A stretch of DNA of 64,000 nucleotides from Eubacteriales bacterium. Its GTDB lineage: Bacteria; Bacillota; Clostridia; Oscillospirales; CAG-272. The stretch spans positions 6,532-70,531 of the forward strand of contig JAZNBB010000058.1 in assembly GCA_045586845.1 (NCBI GenBank), read 5' to 3'. Of this stretch, positions 8,470 to 15,959 are shown piece by piece. Position 1 is the first letter of the stretch, and each line of letters opens with the position of its first letter. The translations under genes were made by a program, and so were the position numbers. The notes beneath the pieces were generated by a model that was given only the letters and a program-made list of their open reading frames with translations, ran no database searches and had not been told where the DNA came from.

Positions 8470-10116
8470 ATGGAAACGATAAGAATTGACGGCAGCGTCA
8501 TTCGCACGCTGCTGATGGGGAGTGTGTGCGGTATCCGTATGCATATAGAGGAGATCAATGATCTCAACGTTTTTCCCGTGCCGGACGGCGATACCGGTAC
8601 AAACATGACCAAAACGCTGGAGGGTGGTCTTTCAAGACTTGACGAGCAGGGAACGCTTGGAGAGCAAATGGGCGCATTTGCTAAGGGCTGTGTGCTGGGT
8701 GCACGCGGCAACTCGGGTGTCATTCTTTCACAGTATATGGCGGGGGTGGCGGCTGCCGTTGCATATAAGGAAAGCATCAGCGCAGGCGAGCTGGCGCACG
8801 CATTGACCGCGGGGGTTGATCGCGCGTATGCAGCTGTAGCGAACCCTGTGGAGGGTACGATACTGACCGTTTTCCGAGAAAGTTCGGAATACGCGGCACG
8901 GCACGCGGATGAGAACACCACCGCTGAACAGCTTTTGGAAATGGTGATAGAAAGTGCCAAGACGGCACTTGCCAAGACCAAGGAAATGCTGCCCGTGCTT
9001 GCACAGGCAGATGTTGTCGATAGTGGTGGCGCAGGGTATCTTGCTATGCTTGTGGGTATGTATGATGCGCTGACGGGTAAGGTTACCGATCTTGCCGGCT
9101 ACGATCGCACCGAGAGCGTAAAGACCTCGATCAATTACGATTTGTTTACCACAGACAGCGTGCCGGAGTGGGGGTACTGTACCGAGGCATTGGTCAGATT
9201 GCAGCGTGCCAAGGGAGACCCCGAGACATTTGATGTGGATGCATTCAGGGCAGCACTCGAAGCAAAAGATTGCAACTCTATCGTTGCGCTGCGTGACGGT
9301 GACTTGCTCAAGGTGCACGCGCATACCATGACCCCCTCCGATATACTGGTACTGTGTCAGGTATATGGTGAGTTTTTGGAGGTCAAGATCGAGAATATGA
9401 GTCTGCAGCATTCCGAGAGAACGGTTGCAGCGAAAAAGAAAAAGGTGCACAAGCCCTATGGGGTGATCGCTGTTGCAAGCGGTGATGGTATGCACGCGCT
9501 CTTTACCGAGCTTGGTGCAGATATTATCATTGATGGCGGACAGACTGCCAACCCAAGCGCTGAGGATTTTGTGGACGCGATCAATCAACTGGACGTCGAT
9601 CACGTGCTGCTTTTGCCCAATAACGGCAACATTCTGTTGACTGCGCAGCAGGCTGCAGGGCTTTGCGAGGATATGGATGTGCACGTTGTGCCCACCAAGT
9701 CATTCCCTCAGGGTTATGCAGCACTGGCTGTTTTCAATGCAGCTATTGAGGACGCAGACGAGCAGGTAGCAGATATGACCGAGGCAAAAAGTGCGGTTGT
9801 GTCGGGTGAGATCACCTATGCGATCCGTGACACCGTAATCGGTGACGTAGAGGTCAAAAAGGGCGAATCGATCGGTATCCTTGATGGCAAGTTGGTGTGC
9901 TCATGTGTCGATGAGAAAGCTGCTATGTGTGAGATGCTCTCGCAGATTAAGGACATTGAGGACAGAGAGATACTGACCCTGTTTGTGGGTGCGGATGTGA
10001 CAGAGGAGCAGAGAGTGGCAATGACCGAGGCGATTGAAGAGGCATACGAGGACTTGACCGTAGACGTGTTCACAGGCGGTCAACAGGTATACCGCTATCT
10101 TGTCGCAGTTGAATAA
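8470..10116 (+). CDS. DAK2 domain-containing protein, YloV/FakA-like fatty acid kinase subunit
   Basis: Has the DAK2 signature PDGDTGTNM. Its 548-aa length is the same as the YloV/FakA family. It is followed by plsX and a DegV gene. Confidence 0.8.
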   Translation: METIRIDGSVIRTLLMGSVCGIRMHIEEINDLNVFPVPDGDTGTNMTKTLEGGLSRLDEQGTLGEQMGAFAKGCVLGARGNSGVILSQYMAGVAAAVAYKESISAGELAHALTAGVDRAYAAVANPVEGTILTVFRESSEYAARHADENTTAEQLLEMVIESAKTALAKTKEMLPVLAQADVVDSGGAGYLAMLVGMYDALTGKVTDLAGYDRTESVKTSINYDLFTTDSVPEWGYCTEALVRLQRAKGDPETFDVDAFRAALEAKDCNSIVALRDGDLLKVHAHTMTPSDILVLCQVYGEFLEVKIENMSLQHSERTVAAKKKKVHKPYGVIAVASGDGMHALFTELGADIIIDGGQTANPSAEDFVDAINQLDVDHVLLLPNNGNILLTAQQAAGLCEDMDVHVVPTKSFPQGYAALAVFNAAIEDADEQVADMTEAKSAVVSGEITYAIRDTVIGDVEVKKGESIGILDGKLVCSCVDEKAAMCEMLSQIKDIEDREILTLFVGADVTEEQRVAMTEAIEEAYEDLTVDVFTGGQQVYRYLVAVE

Positions 10117-10136
10117 TTGAACATAAGGAGTGTATT

Positions 10137-11120
10137 ATGGCAACATATAAGATCGCAATAGACACACTGGGCAGCGATAAGGGTCCCGAAACCATCGTGC
10201 AGGGGGCCTTGATGGCACTTGCCGAGAATCCCGAGCTTTCGGTGGCGCTGTTCGGTGATGAGCAGGTCATTCGCGCATACCTTGAAAAGGTCGAGCATGA
10301 TCCCGAGCGTATCGAGATCGTGCACGCCCCCGATGCCATCACCAATTATGATAATCCCATGGAAGCCATTTTCAAAAAGACCGACGCATCTCTGGTCAAG
10401 GCACTGCAAGCACTTGCCGCACGCGACGATCTGCTGGGGTTGATCAACGCGGGCAGTACGGGTGCGCTGATTGCGGGTGCTTTGCGTTACGTACCCGCCA
10501 AGCCCTTGCGCAGACCTGCGCTGGCAGCCATTCTGCCCGCAGCAAAGGGCGGCTTTACCTGCCTTGTGGACACGGGCGCAAACATCGACTGCACAGCATC
10601 TATGCTGGTGGACTTTGCGCACATGGGCTCGGATCTGATGCAGCAATGCTACGGCATTGAAAGCCCCAGAATCGGTCTGCTCTCCAACGGTGCAGAGGCG
10701 ACCAAGGGCAACAAGCTGGTCAAGGAGACCCACGCGCTGCTCAAGGCAGACCAAAAGCTCAACTTTGTGGGCAACATTGAGGGTACAAACGCACTCTCGG
10801 GAGACTGCGACGTACTGGTGGCTGACGGCTTTGCGGGCAACCAGGTGCTTAAGAACTCCGAGGGCATTGCAAAGAGAATTATCACGGACATTGTGGTGTA
10901 CGGTAAAAAGACGGGTAACCCCGAGATCATGAAGCTGGTCGGATACCTGATGAGCATTTACGATTTCAACTCGCTGGGCGGTGCACAGCTGCTTGGCGTT
11001 GGTAAGCCGATCATCAAGGCGCATGGAGCCGCAAACGCAGATTCGATCAAAAATACCTCTGCCATCATGCTCAATGTAGCCAGAAACAAGGCGATGTTTG
11101 ACGGTAAAGACATAAGATAA
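10137..11120 (+). CDS. plsX: phosphate acyltransferase PlsX
   Basis: The N-terminus IAIDTLGSDKGP and the C-terminal block HGAANA... are typical of PlsX. RBS taaggag. Confidence 0.9.
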   Translation: MATYKIAIDTLGSDKGPETIVQGALMALAENPELSVALFGDEQVIRAYLEKVEHDPERIEIVHAPDAITNYDNPMEAIFKKTDASLVKALQALAARDDLLGLINAGSTGALIAGALRYVPAKPLRRPALAAILPAAKGGFTCLVDTGANIDCTASMLVDFAHMGSDLMQQCYGIESPRIGLLSNGAEATKGNKLVKETHALLKADQKLNFVGNIEGTNALSGDCDVLVADGFAGNQVLKNSEGIAKRIITDIVVYGKKTGNPEIMKLVGYLMSIYDFNSLGGAQLLGVGKPIIKAHGAANADSIKNTSAIMLNVARNKAMFDGKDIR

Positions 11121-11131
11121 GGAGACAGGTT

Positions 11132-12034
11132 ATGGAAATCAAAAGAAAAGTGATGTGCACATCCACGGGCTGTATCGAGTACGCCCCCGAACGCTACAAG
11201 AAGTACGACATCGACATCATCCGCATTCACGTACATTTCAAGGACAAGGAGTACTTAGAGGGGCTTGATCTTGATCCCGATGCATTCTACAAAGAGCTGG
11301 AAACGCTGGAGGATCCCAAGAACAATCTTCCCAGAACCGCAATGCCTACCGAGGACGAGATCAAGGCTTGCTTTGACAAGGCATACGAGGAAGGCTGCAA
11401 GGAGGTCATCGTGATCGCGCTGAGTGCATATCTCGGCGGTACCTGGAACCTCATCCGTCTGGTCGGCGAACAGTACAAGGATAAGATGGATATCTACGTT
11501 ATCGACTCCAAGATCGCTTGCTTTGGCGAGGGTATGCTTGCCATCAAGGCGGCAGAAATGGTGCAGAAGGGCGTGCCCACCGAGACTATTCTCAAGGAGA
11601 TCAACTGGATGATCAAGCATCAGGAATTTTTGGGCGTGGATGCAAAGCTTGACTATTTGATCTATAATGGCAGACTCAAGGGCGGCAAGGCGCTGATGGG
11701 CAAGATGCTCAACATTTGTCCCGTTGTACATTTCACGCATGACGGTGAGCTTTGTGCGCTGCAGAGCGTCCGCACTCCCAAGAAAGCATTGGCAAGAACC
11801 TGTGAGATCTTGAAGGAAATGATCGGTGACCGTTCACCTGAGGATTATTTGCTTTGGCACACCTATACCGGTCCCTCGCTGCTTGAAGAACTTGTCGAAA
11901 TCGAAAAGAAATATGATATTCACACCAATCATGAAAAGGTGATCACTTCTCCCGTCAGCGGTTGTCACAACGGTCCCTGGCTGGCAGGCTACGGACTTTT
12001 GTTCCTGCGCCGCGATGATGAGCCTCTTGAATAA
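11132..12034 (+). CDS. DegV family fatty-acid-binding protein (FakB-like)
   Basis: Length, overall pattern and the N-terminal C..TG....P....k.y.i block match DegV proteins, and the gene sits in a FakA/PlsX context. Confidence 0.8.
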   Translation: MEIKRKVMCTSTGCIEYAPERYKKYDIDIIRIHVHFKDKEYLEGLDLDPDAFYKELETLEDPKNNLPRTAMPTEDEIKACFDKAYEEGCKEVIVIALSAYLGGTWNLIRLVGEQYKDKMDIYVIDSKIACFGEGMLAIKAAEMVQKGVPTETILKEINWMIKHQEFLGVDAKLDYLIYNGRLKGGKALMGKMLNICPVVHFTHDGELCALQSVRTPKKALARTCEILKEMIGDRSPEDYLLWHTYTGPSLLEELVEIEKKYDIHTNHEKVITSPVSGCHNGPWLAGYGLLFLRRDDEPLE

Positions 12035-12036
12035 TC

Positions 12037-13173
12037 ATGCTTATGGAAAACGTAACGATCAACCGGGTCAAGACATCCTCGCAGAAAAAAGCGTTCGTTC
12101 AATTTCCTCTCAGACTCTATAAGAACAATCCGTTTTTTGTGCCGCCCTTGTATGGGGATGAAATGGCGCAATTCAAAAAGAATCATGCCTACAGTGATAC
12201 CTGCGACACCGCGTTTTTCCTTGCCATGAAAGGAAAAACGGTAGTGGGTCGCATCCAAGGTATTTTGCAGCGGCAGTCCAACGAGCTGCGAGGCGAGAAG
12301 CGCGTACGCTTTACCCGCTTTGACGCCATTGACGATCTCGCAGTTGCCAAAGCGCTGTTTGATGCCGTGGAAAACTGGGCGAAAGAGCAAGGCATGGATA
12401 CGGTCTGCGGACCTCTTGGTTATAGTGACTTGGAACGAGAAGGGCTGCTGATTGAAGGCTTTGATCAGCTTTCTACTTTTGAGGAACAGTACAATTATGA
12501 CTACTATCCCAAGCTGCTCGAGGCTTGCGGCTACGGTAAGGAGATCGACTGGTATGAGTTCCGCCTGCGCGCACCCCAGACCCCCAATCCTATGCTCGGC
12601 AGAGTGGCAGAGCGCGCGCTGGAGCTTTCAAAGCTGCACGTGGTGGACAGCTCCAAAATGTCCAAGAAAAAGTACATCCAGACCTATAAGGACGGCTTTT
12701 TCGATTGCCTGGACGAGTGCTACGCCCACCTGTACGGTGCCGTGCCGTTCACCGAGAATATGAAAAAGCAGATGATCGACCAGTTCATGCTGATTCTCAA
12801 TAAAGAATACCTCATGATCCTGTGCGACAAAGACGAGCGCGTGGTCGCGTTTGCCTTGTGCATTCCCGGTATCGGCGAGGCGCTGCAAAAGAGCGGGGGA
12901 CGGCTGACCCCGGGCGCGCTCGTCCGTGTGATGCGCGCTGCAAAAAAGCCGCGCACGCTGGATCTTGGGCTGATTGCGGTGCGCCCGCAATACCAGGCAG
13001 CAGGCGTCAACGCCGTTATGCTGCACCGCATGATCGAATATCTGCAGGCAGGCAAGGTCGAATACGCCGAAACCAATCTCAATCTCGAAACCAATACGCA
13101 GGTCATGGCGCAATGGAAATATTTTGACGCTACCCAACATAAACGCCGCAGATCCTATATTAAAACAATTTAG
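12037..13173 (+). CDS. uncharacterised double-GNAT-like acyltransferase family protein
   Basis: Matches a widespread roughly 370-aa family annotated as GNAT N-acetyltransferase. Recognisable blocks are F..FP..LYK..P.FVPPL, VGRI, GP.GYSD.EREGLL.EGF and YNYDYYP. The start lies 3 nt after the degV stop. Confidence 0.55.
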   Translation: MLMENVTINRVKTSSQKKAFVQFPLRLYKNNPFFVPPLYGDEMAQFKKNHAYSDTCDTAFFLAMKGKTVVGRIQGILQRQSNELRGEKRVRFTRFDAIDDLAVAKALFDAVENWAKEQGMDTVCGPLGYSDLEREGLLIEGFDQLSTFEEQYNYDYYPKLLEACGYGKEIDWYEFRLRAPQTPNPMLGRVAERALELSKLHVVDSSKMSKKKYIQTYKDGFFDCLDECYAHLYGAVPFTENMKKQMIDQFMLILNKEYLMILCDKDERVVAFALCIPGIGEALQKSGGRLTPGALVRVMRAAKKPRTLDLGLIAVRPQYQAAGVNAVMLHRMIEYLQAGKVEYAETNLNLETNTQVMAQWKYFDATQHKRRRSYIKTI

Positions 13174-13175
13174 CC

Positions 13176-13204
13176 GTAGGGACCGGCGTCCTCGACGGTC
13201 CTAC
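13176..13204. repeat. GTAG-headed palindromic unit (type A, loop GCGTCCTCGA)
   Basis: GTAGGGACCG-GCGTCCTCGA-CGGTCCTAC, located between the GNAT-like gene and the carrier protein gene. Confidence 0.7.
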
Positions 13205-13228
13205 TCTACAACAAGAAAGGATACAACT

Positions 13229-13450
13229 ATGCTTGAAAAACTCACCGAAATCATTGGTCGCGTGAACCCCGGAATTGACGTTTCCACCGTCACCCCCGAG
13301 ACCAAGCTCATGGAAGACCTTAAGTTGGACTCTCTGTCCATTATGCTGCTGGCTATGGAGATCGAGGCAGCGTTTGGCTTCCAGTTCAACGAGCCCGTAC
13401 AGTTCGTCACCGTACAGGACGTGTGCGATTACCTTGCCGCTAAAGCGTAA
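13229..13450 (+). CDS. acyl carrier protein (divergent, non-AcpP-like)
   Basis: 73 aa with the phosphopantetheine attachment motif LDSLS in MEDLKLDSLSIMLLAMEIE. The start MLEKLTEII was chosen in place of the 13124 ORF-track start, whose extension overlaps the upstream gene and the repeat. Confidence 0.7.
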   Translation: MLEKLTEIIGRVNPGIDVSTVTPETKLMEDLKLDSLSIMLLAMEIEAAFGFQFNEPVQFVTVQDVCDYLAAKA

Positions 13451-13461
13451 TATCCCCAAAA

Positions 13462-13495
13462 AGAACGGTCTGCATGGTGCAGGTCGTTCTTTTTG
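13462..13495 (+). terminator. rho-independent terminator after the carrier protein gene
   Basis: AGAACGGTCTGCA-tgg-TGCAGGTCGTTCT followed by TTTTT. Confidence 0.7.
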
Positions 13496-13636
13496 CTTTT
13501 AAAAAATGAATATCACAACTTGTAGGGAGCTACATCGCGCCGCGTTTTTGAAATATTCCCGAAAAATCTTGAGTGCTCTTGATTTTACGGAAAATATTTG
13601 ATATAATAGCATACAACGACAAGAAAGGGGAGCGCA

Positions 13637-14221
13637 ATGCTATCATTCGACATTTCCCAAGAGGTCTTTACCTGTGCGGTCTACCCGGGTGATCCTGCGC
13701 CTGCGCGACAGGTGCTTGCAAGCCTTGACGCGGGTGACGTGTGCAATCTGACTGCGTTTTCCATGTGTGCGCACAACGGCACGCATATAGACGCACCCGC
13801 GCATTTTATCGCGGGCGGCAAGACCGTGGACGCTCTGCCGCTTGACGCGCTGATCGGCAATGCCATCATAATCTCGCATGTGGGCGATATCACGGCGTCC
13901 GACGCACACCGCATGCTGGAAATGGCGGGAAATATCAAAAAGCTGCTGATCAAGGGCAACGCCACGCTGACGCTTGAGGCTGCCGAGGTGCTTGCAGAGG
14001 CGGACATCGAGCTTTTTGGCAACGAATCGCAAACGGTTGGCCCCGAATCCGCACCCATGGCGGTGCATAAACGCTTGCTTGGCGCGAATGTCGTGCTGCT
14101 GGAGGGCATACGCCTTTCACACGTACCCGACGGAGAATATCTGCTTTGTGCAGCCCCGCTAAACCTCGGCGGTGCGGACGGTGCACCCTGCCGCGCAGTT
14201 TTGATCGATTTATCTGAGTAA
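13637..14221 (+). CDS. cyclase family protein (kynurenine formamidase-like fold)
   Basis: Has the HNGTHIDAPAHF motif characteristic of the putative cyclase family. RBS aaagggga. Confidence 0.7.
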   Translation: MLSFDISQEVFTCAVYPGDPAPARQVLASLDAGDVCNLTAFSMCAHNGTHIDAPAHFIAGGKTVDALPLDALIGNAIIISHVGDITASDAHRMLEMAGNIKKLLIKGNATLTLEAAEVLAEADIELFGNESQTVGPESAPMAVHKRLLGANVVLLEGIRLSHVPDGEYLLCAAPLNLGGADGAPCRAVLIDLSE

Positions 14222-14233
14222 AGGAGAGAAAAC

Positions 14234-14785
14234 ATGACTGAATTTCTTGCAATGCTTGAATCCGTTTCGCCGATCTTAGTCTGCTTTCTGATCTGTGCCG
14301 CAAAGATCCTGGAGATCACCATTCAATCGCTCAAAACCTGCATGATGGTCAAGGGGCAGCGGCTCAAAGCCGCAGGCTTGGGCTTTGTGGAGTGCATCAT
14401 CTGGGGTCTGGTGGTGTCGGGTGTCATCGGCACGCTGGGCGATAACCCCTTGCGCCTGGTCTTTTACTGCGCGGGCTACGCCGCGGGTCTGTCCCTCGGC
14501 TCTACCATTGAGGGCAAGATCGCGCTCGGCACGTCCAACTTAGAGCTGATCGCAAGCGACGAGAGCACCGAGAAGATCACGGCTTACTTAAAAGAGAACG
14601 ATCTTGGCTATACCGTCCTGCCCGGACACGGCGCAACCGAGAAGATGAATATGATCTTTATCGTGCTGCCCAGAAAGCGTACCAAGCGCGTGCTTGGCGA
14701 GATCCGTAAGTGTTGCGATAATAAGGTCTTTGTAGTCGCATCCGAGGTCAGCAAGTATGCCGGCGGCTACGGTATGGTGAAGTAA
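14234..14785 (+). CDS. UPF0316/DUF2179 family membrane protein
   Basis: Three N-terminal TM helices are followed by a C-terminal soluble domain. The overall pattern resembles the YebE/UPF0316 family. Confidence 0.6.
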   Translation: MTEFLAMLESVSPILVCFLICAAKILEITIQSLKTCMMVKGQRLKAAGLGFVECIIWGLVVSGVIGTLGDNPLRLVFYCAGYAAGLSLGSTIEGKIALGTSNLELIASDESTEKITAYLKENDLGYTVLPGHGATEKMNMIFIVLPRKRTKRVLGEIRKCCDNKVFVVASEVSKYAGGYGMVK

Positions 14786-14805
14786 AAGCGCAGCTTTTTA
14801 CAACT

Positions 14806-15004
14806 GCGGCTGTGCCGCAATATCATATTTGTAGGGACAGGCGTCCTCGACTGTCCGTTTCTGCAATACCACTATGACCACAGGTCACAATATCACTTTG
14901 TTATCCGTAGGGGCGACCATCGGTCGTCCGCTATCGCGGCGGCAGCAAGCCACCGCCCTACGACGTGGCTCGATGCGTACGGGCGATCATTGATCGCCCG
15001 CCCC
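14806..15004. repeat. array of short palindromic units (GTAG-headed and hairpin+AATATCA[CT] types)
   Basis: The units, in order:
- GCGGC-tgt-GCCGC followed by AATATCAT, 14806-14826.
- GTAGGGACAG-GCGTCCTCGA-CTGTCC, 14831-14856.
- AATACCAC, 14865-14872.
- TGACC-aca-GGTCA followed by CAATATCAC, 14875-14896.
- GTAGGGGCGACC-atc-GGTCGTCC, 14907-14933.
- A reverse-orientation unit ending CACCGCCCTAC, 14937-14960.
- GTACGGGCGATCA-t-TGATCGCCC, 14978-15004. Confidence 0.75.
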
Positions 15005-15035
15005 TTCGGATAAAATCTACCGAAAGGAGAGCACT

Positions 15036-15626
15036 ATGGCTAATAAGAAAAACAAGAAAAAGCAGCGACTTTTTTCGCTCACGTGGAAATTCTGGCTGGG
15101 GTTTATTATTGTGCAACTGTGCTATTTGACAGTGTGTTCTAACGCGGTATATTCGGAGTGGCCGTGTAATGACAGAAATACGCAAACTGTTATTGGAGAA
15201 GTAGAGAATATCAGGGATGTAAGCACAGGCTTCAGAATTTATCGCGGTCACGGTTCGAAAGGTTACCTGGAGATTACCGTGAACGGGCAACCGTACCGCT
15301 TGTACGTTCAAAGCAATCAAAAGGAAATGAGCACTTCCGATGTTAAAGATAATCTTGCTATCGGTGATAGCGTAGAGATCGCGTACAAGGCACAAATTCG
15401 TATGTTCAAAGAATGCAGCGTTGTGGTCGGCATGAAAGATGACACGCAGACCTACCGTACGATAGAGGCTTATAACGCCAATGCCCGCGTGCTTTTGCCC
15501 GTATTCTCGGTATTGATGCTGGTCGCCGAGGCACTGTTGTGCCTGCCGCTTTACGCAGAATATTTGCTCAGGTTGATCGTGCTCGTCAGAACCCGAAAAA
15601 CGGAATGCGAAAAGAAAAAGAAATAG
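15036..15626 (+). CDS. hypothetical membrane protein
   Basis: Has a lysine-rich N-terminus, one N-terminal and one C-terminal hydrophobic segment, RBS gaaaggag and a terminator downstream. I recognise no motif. Confidence 0.45.
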   Translation: MANKKNKKKQRLFSLTWKFWLGFIIVQLCYLTVCSNAVYSEWPCNDRNTQTVIGEVENIRDVSTGFRIYRGHGSKGYLEITVNGQPYRLYVQSNQKEMSTSDVKDNLAIGDSVEIAYKAQIRMFKECSVVVGMKDDTQTYRTIEAYNANARVLLPVFSVLMLVAEALLCLPLYAEYLLRLIVLVRTRKTECEKKKK

Positions 15627-15639
15627 ACCAAACGAAAAA

Positions 15640-15671
15640 CCAACGCTTATGACACGTAGGCGTTGGTTTTT
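15640..15671 (+). terminator. rho-independent terminator
   Basis: CCAACGC-(loop)-GCGTTGG followed by TTTTT. Confidence 0.65.
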
Positions 15672-15854
15672 GTATGTTTGTGCCCTGCGTTTTAACATGG
15701 AAACGGCACGCATATTTCCCACCAATTTTTACATACTAACCAAAGAATGTCTGCGCGCGGGGGAAGGGGACTGCAATTCGACCAAAATTTAGCACTCATG
15801 ACGTGAAATTAGCAGAGTTCATAAAATATTAACAAAGAAAAAGCACAAAGGGGC

Positions 15855-15883
15855 TTGACAAACGGGCTGAAAAGTGCTAAATT
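15855..15883 (+). promoter_or_regulatory. sigma-A type promoter of the hrcA operon
   Basis: TTGACA at 15855-15860, a 17-nt spacer, then TAAATT at 15878-15883. Confidence 0.6.
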
Positions 15884-15894
15884 TATGTCAGCGG

Positions 15895-15921
15895 TTAGCA
15901 CTTAGGCGAACAGAGTGCTAA
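15895..15921 (+). promoter_or_regulatory. CIRCE operator (HrcA binding site)
   Basis: TTAGCACTT-aggcgaaca-GAGTGCTAA compared with the consensus TTAGCACTC-N9-GAGTGCTAA gives one mismatch. It lies between the promoter and hrcA. Confidence 0.85.
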
Positions 15922-15959
15922 AATTCGTCAAATAATACCCACAAGAAAGGAGATTTGCC

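Noticed and set aside
8148-11024. Minus-strand ORFs 8148-8981 (277 aa), 8728-9684 (318 aa) and 10095-11024 (309 aa).
   Set aside because: They are antisense to the TetR, DAK2 and plsX genes. The composition is Ser/Ala/Cys/His-rich, with no starts backed by an RBS.
14901-14909. DnaA-box-like TTATCCGTA here and TTATCCGTC at 62143-62151, raising the idea of an origin or DnaA-binding cluster.
   Set aside because: The match to TTATCCACA is only partial. There are two isolated copies, no AT-rich unwinding element and no dnaA/dnaN nearby. At 14901 the TTATCC word abuts a GTAG repeat unit and at 62143 it lies between two such units, so in both cases it belongs to a repeat region.
15789-15815. A possible second complete CIRCE element starting at TTAGCACTC (15789).
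   Set aside because: The expected right arm GAGTGCTAA after 9 nt is absent; the sequence there is AATTAGCAG. It is reported only as an isolated half-site.
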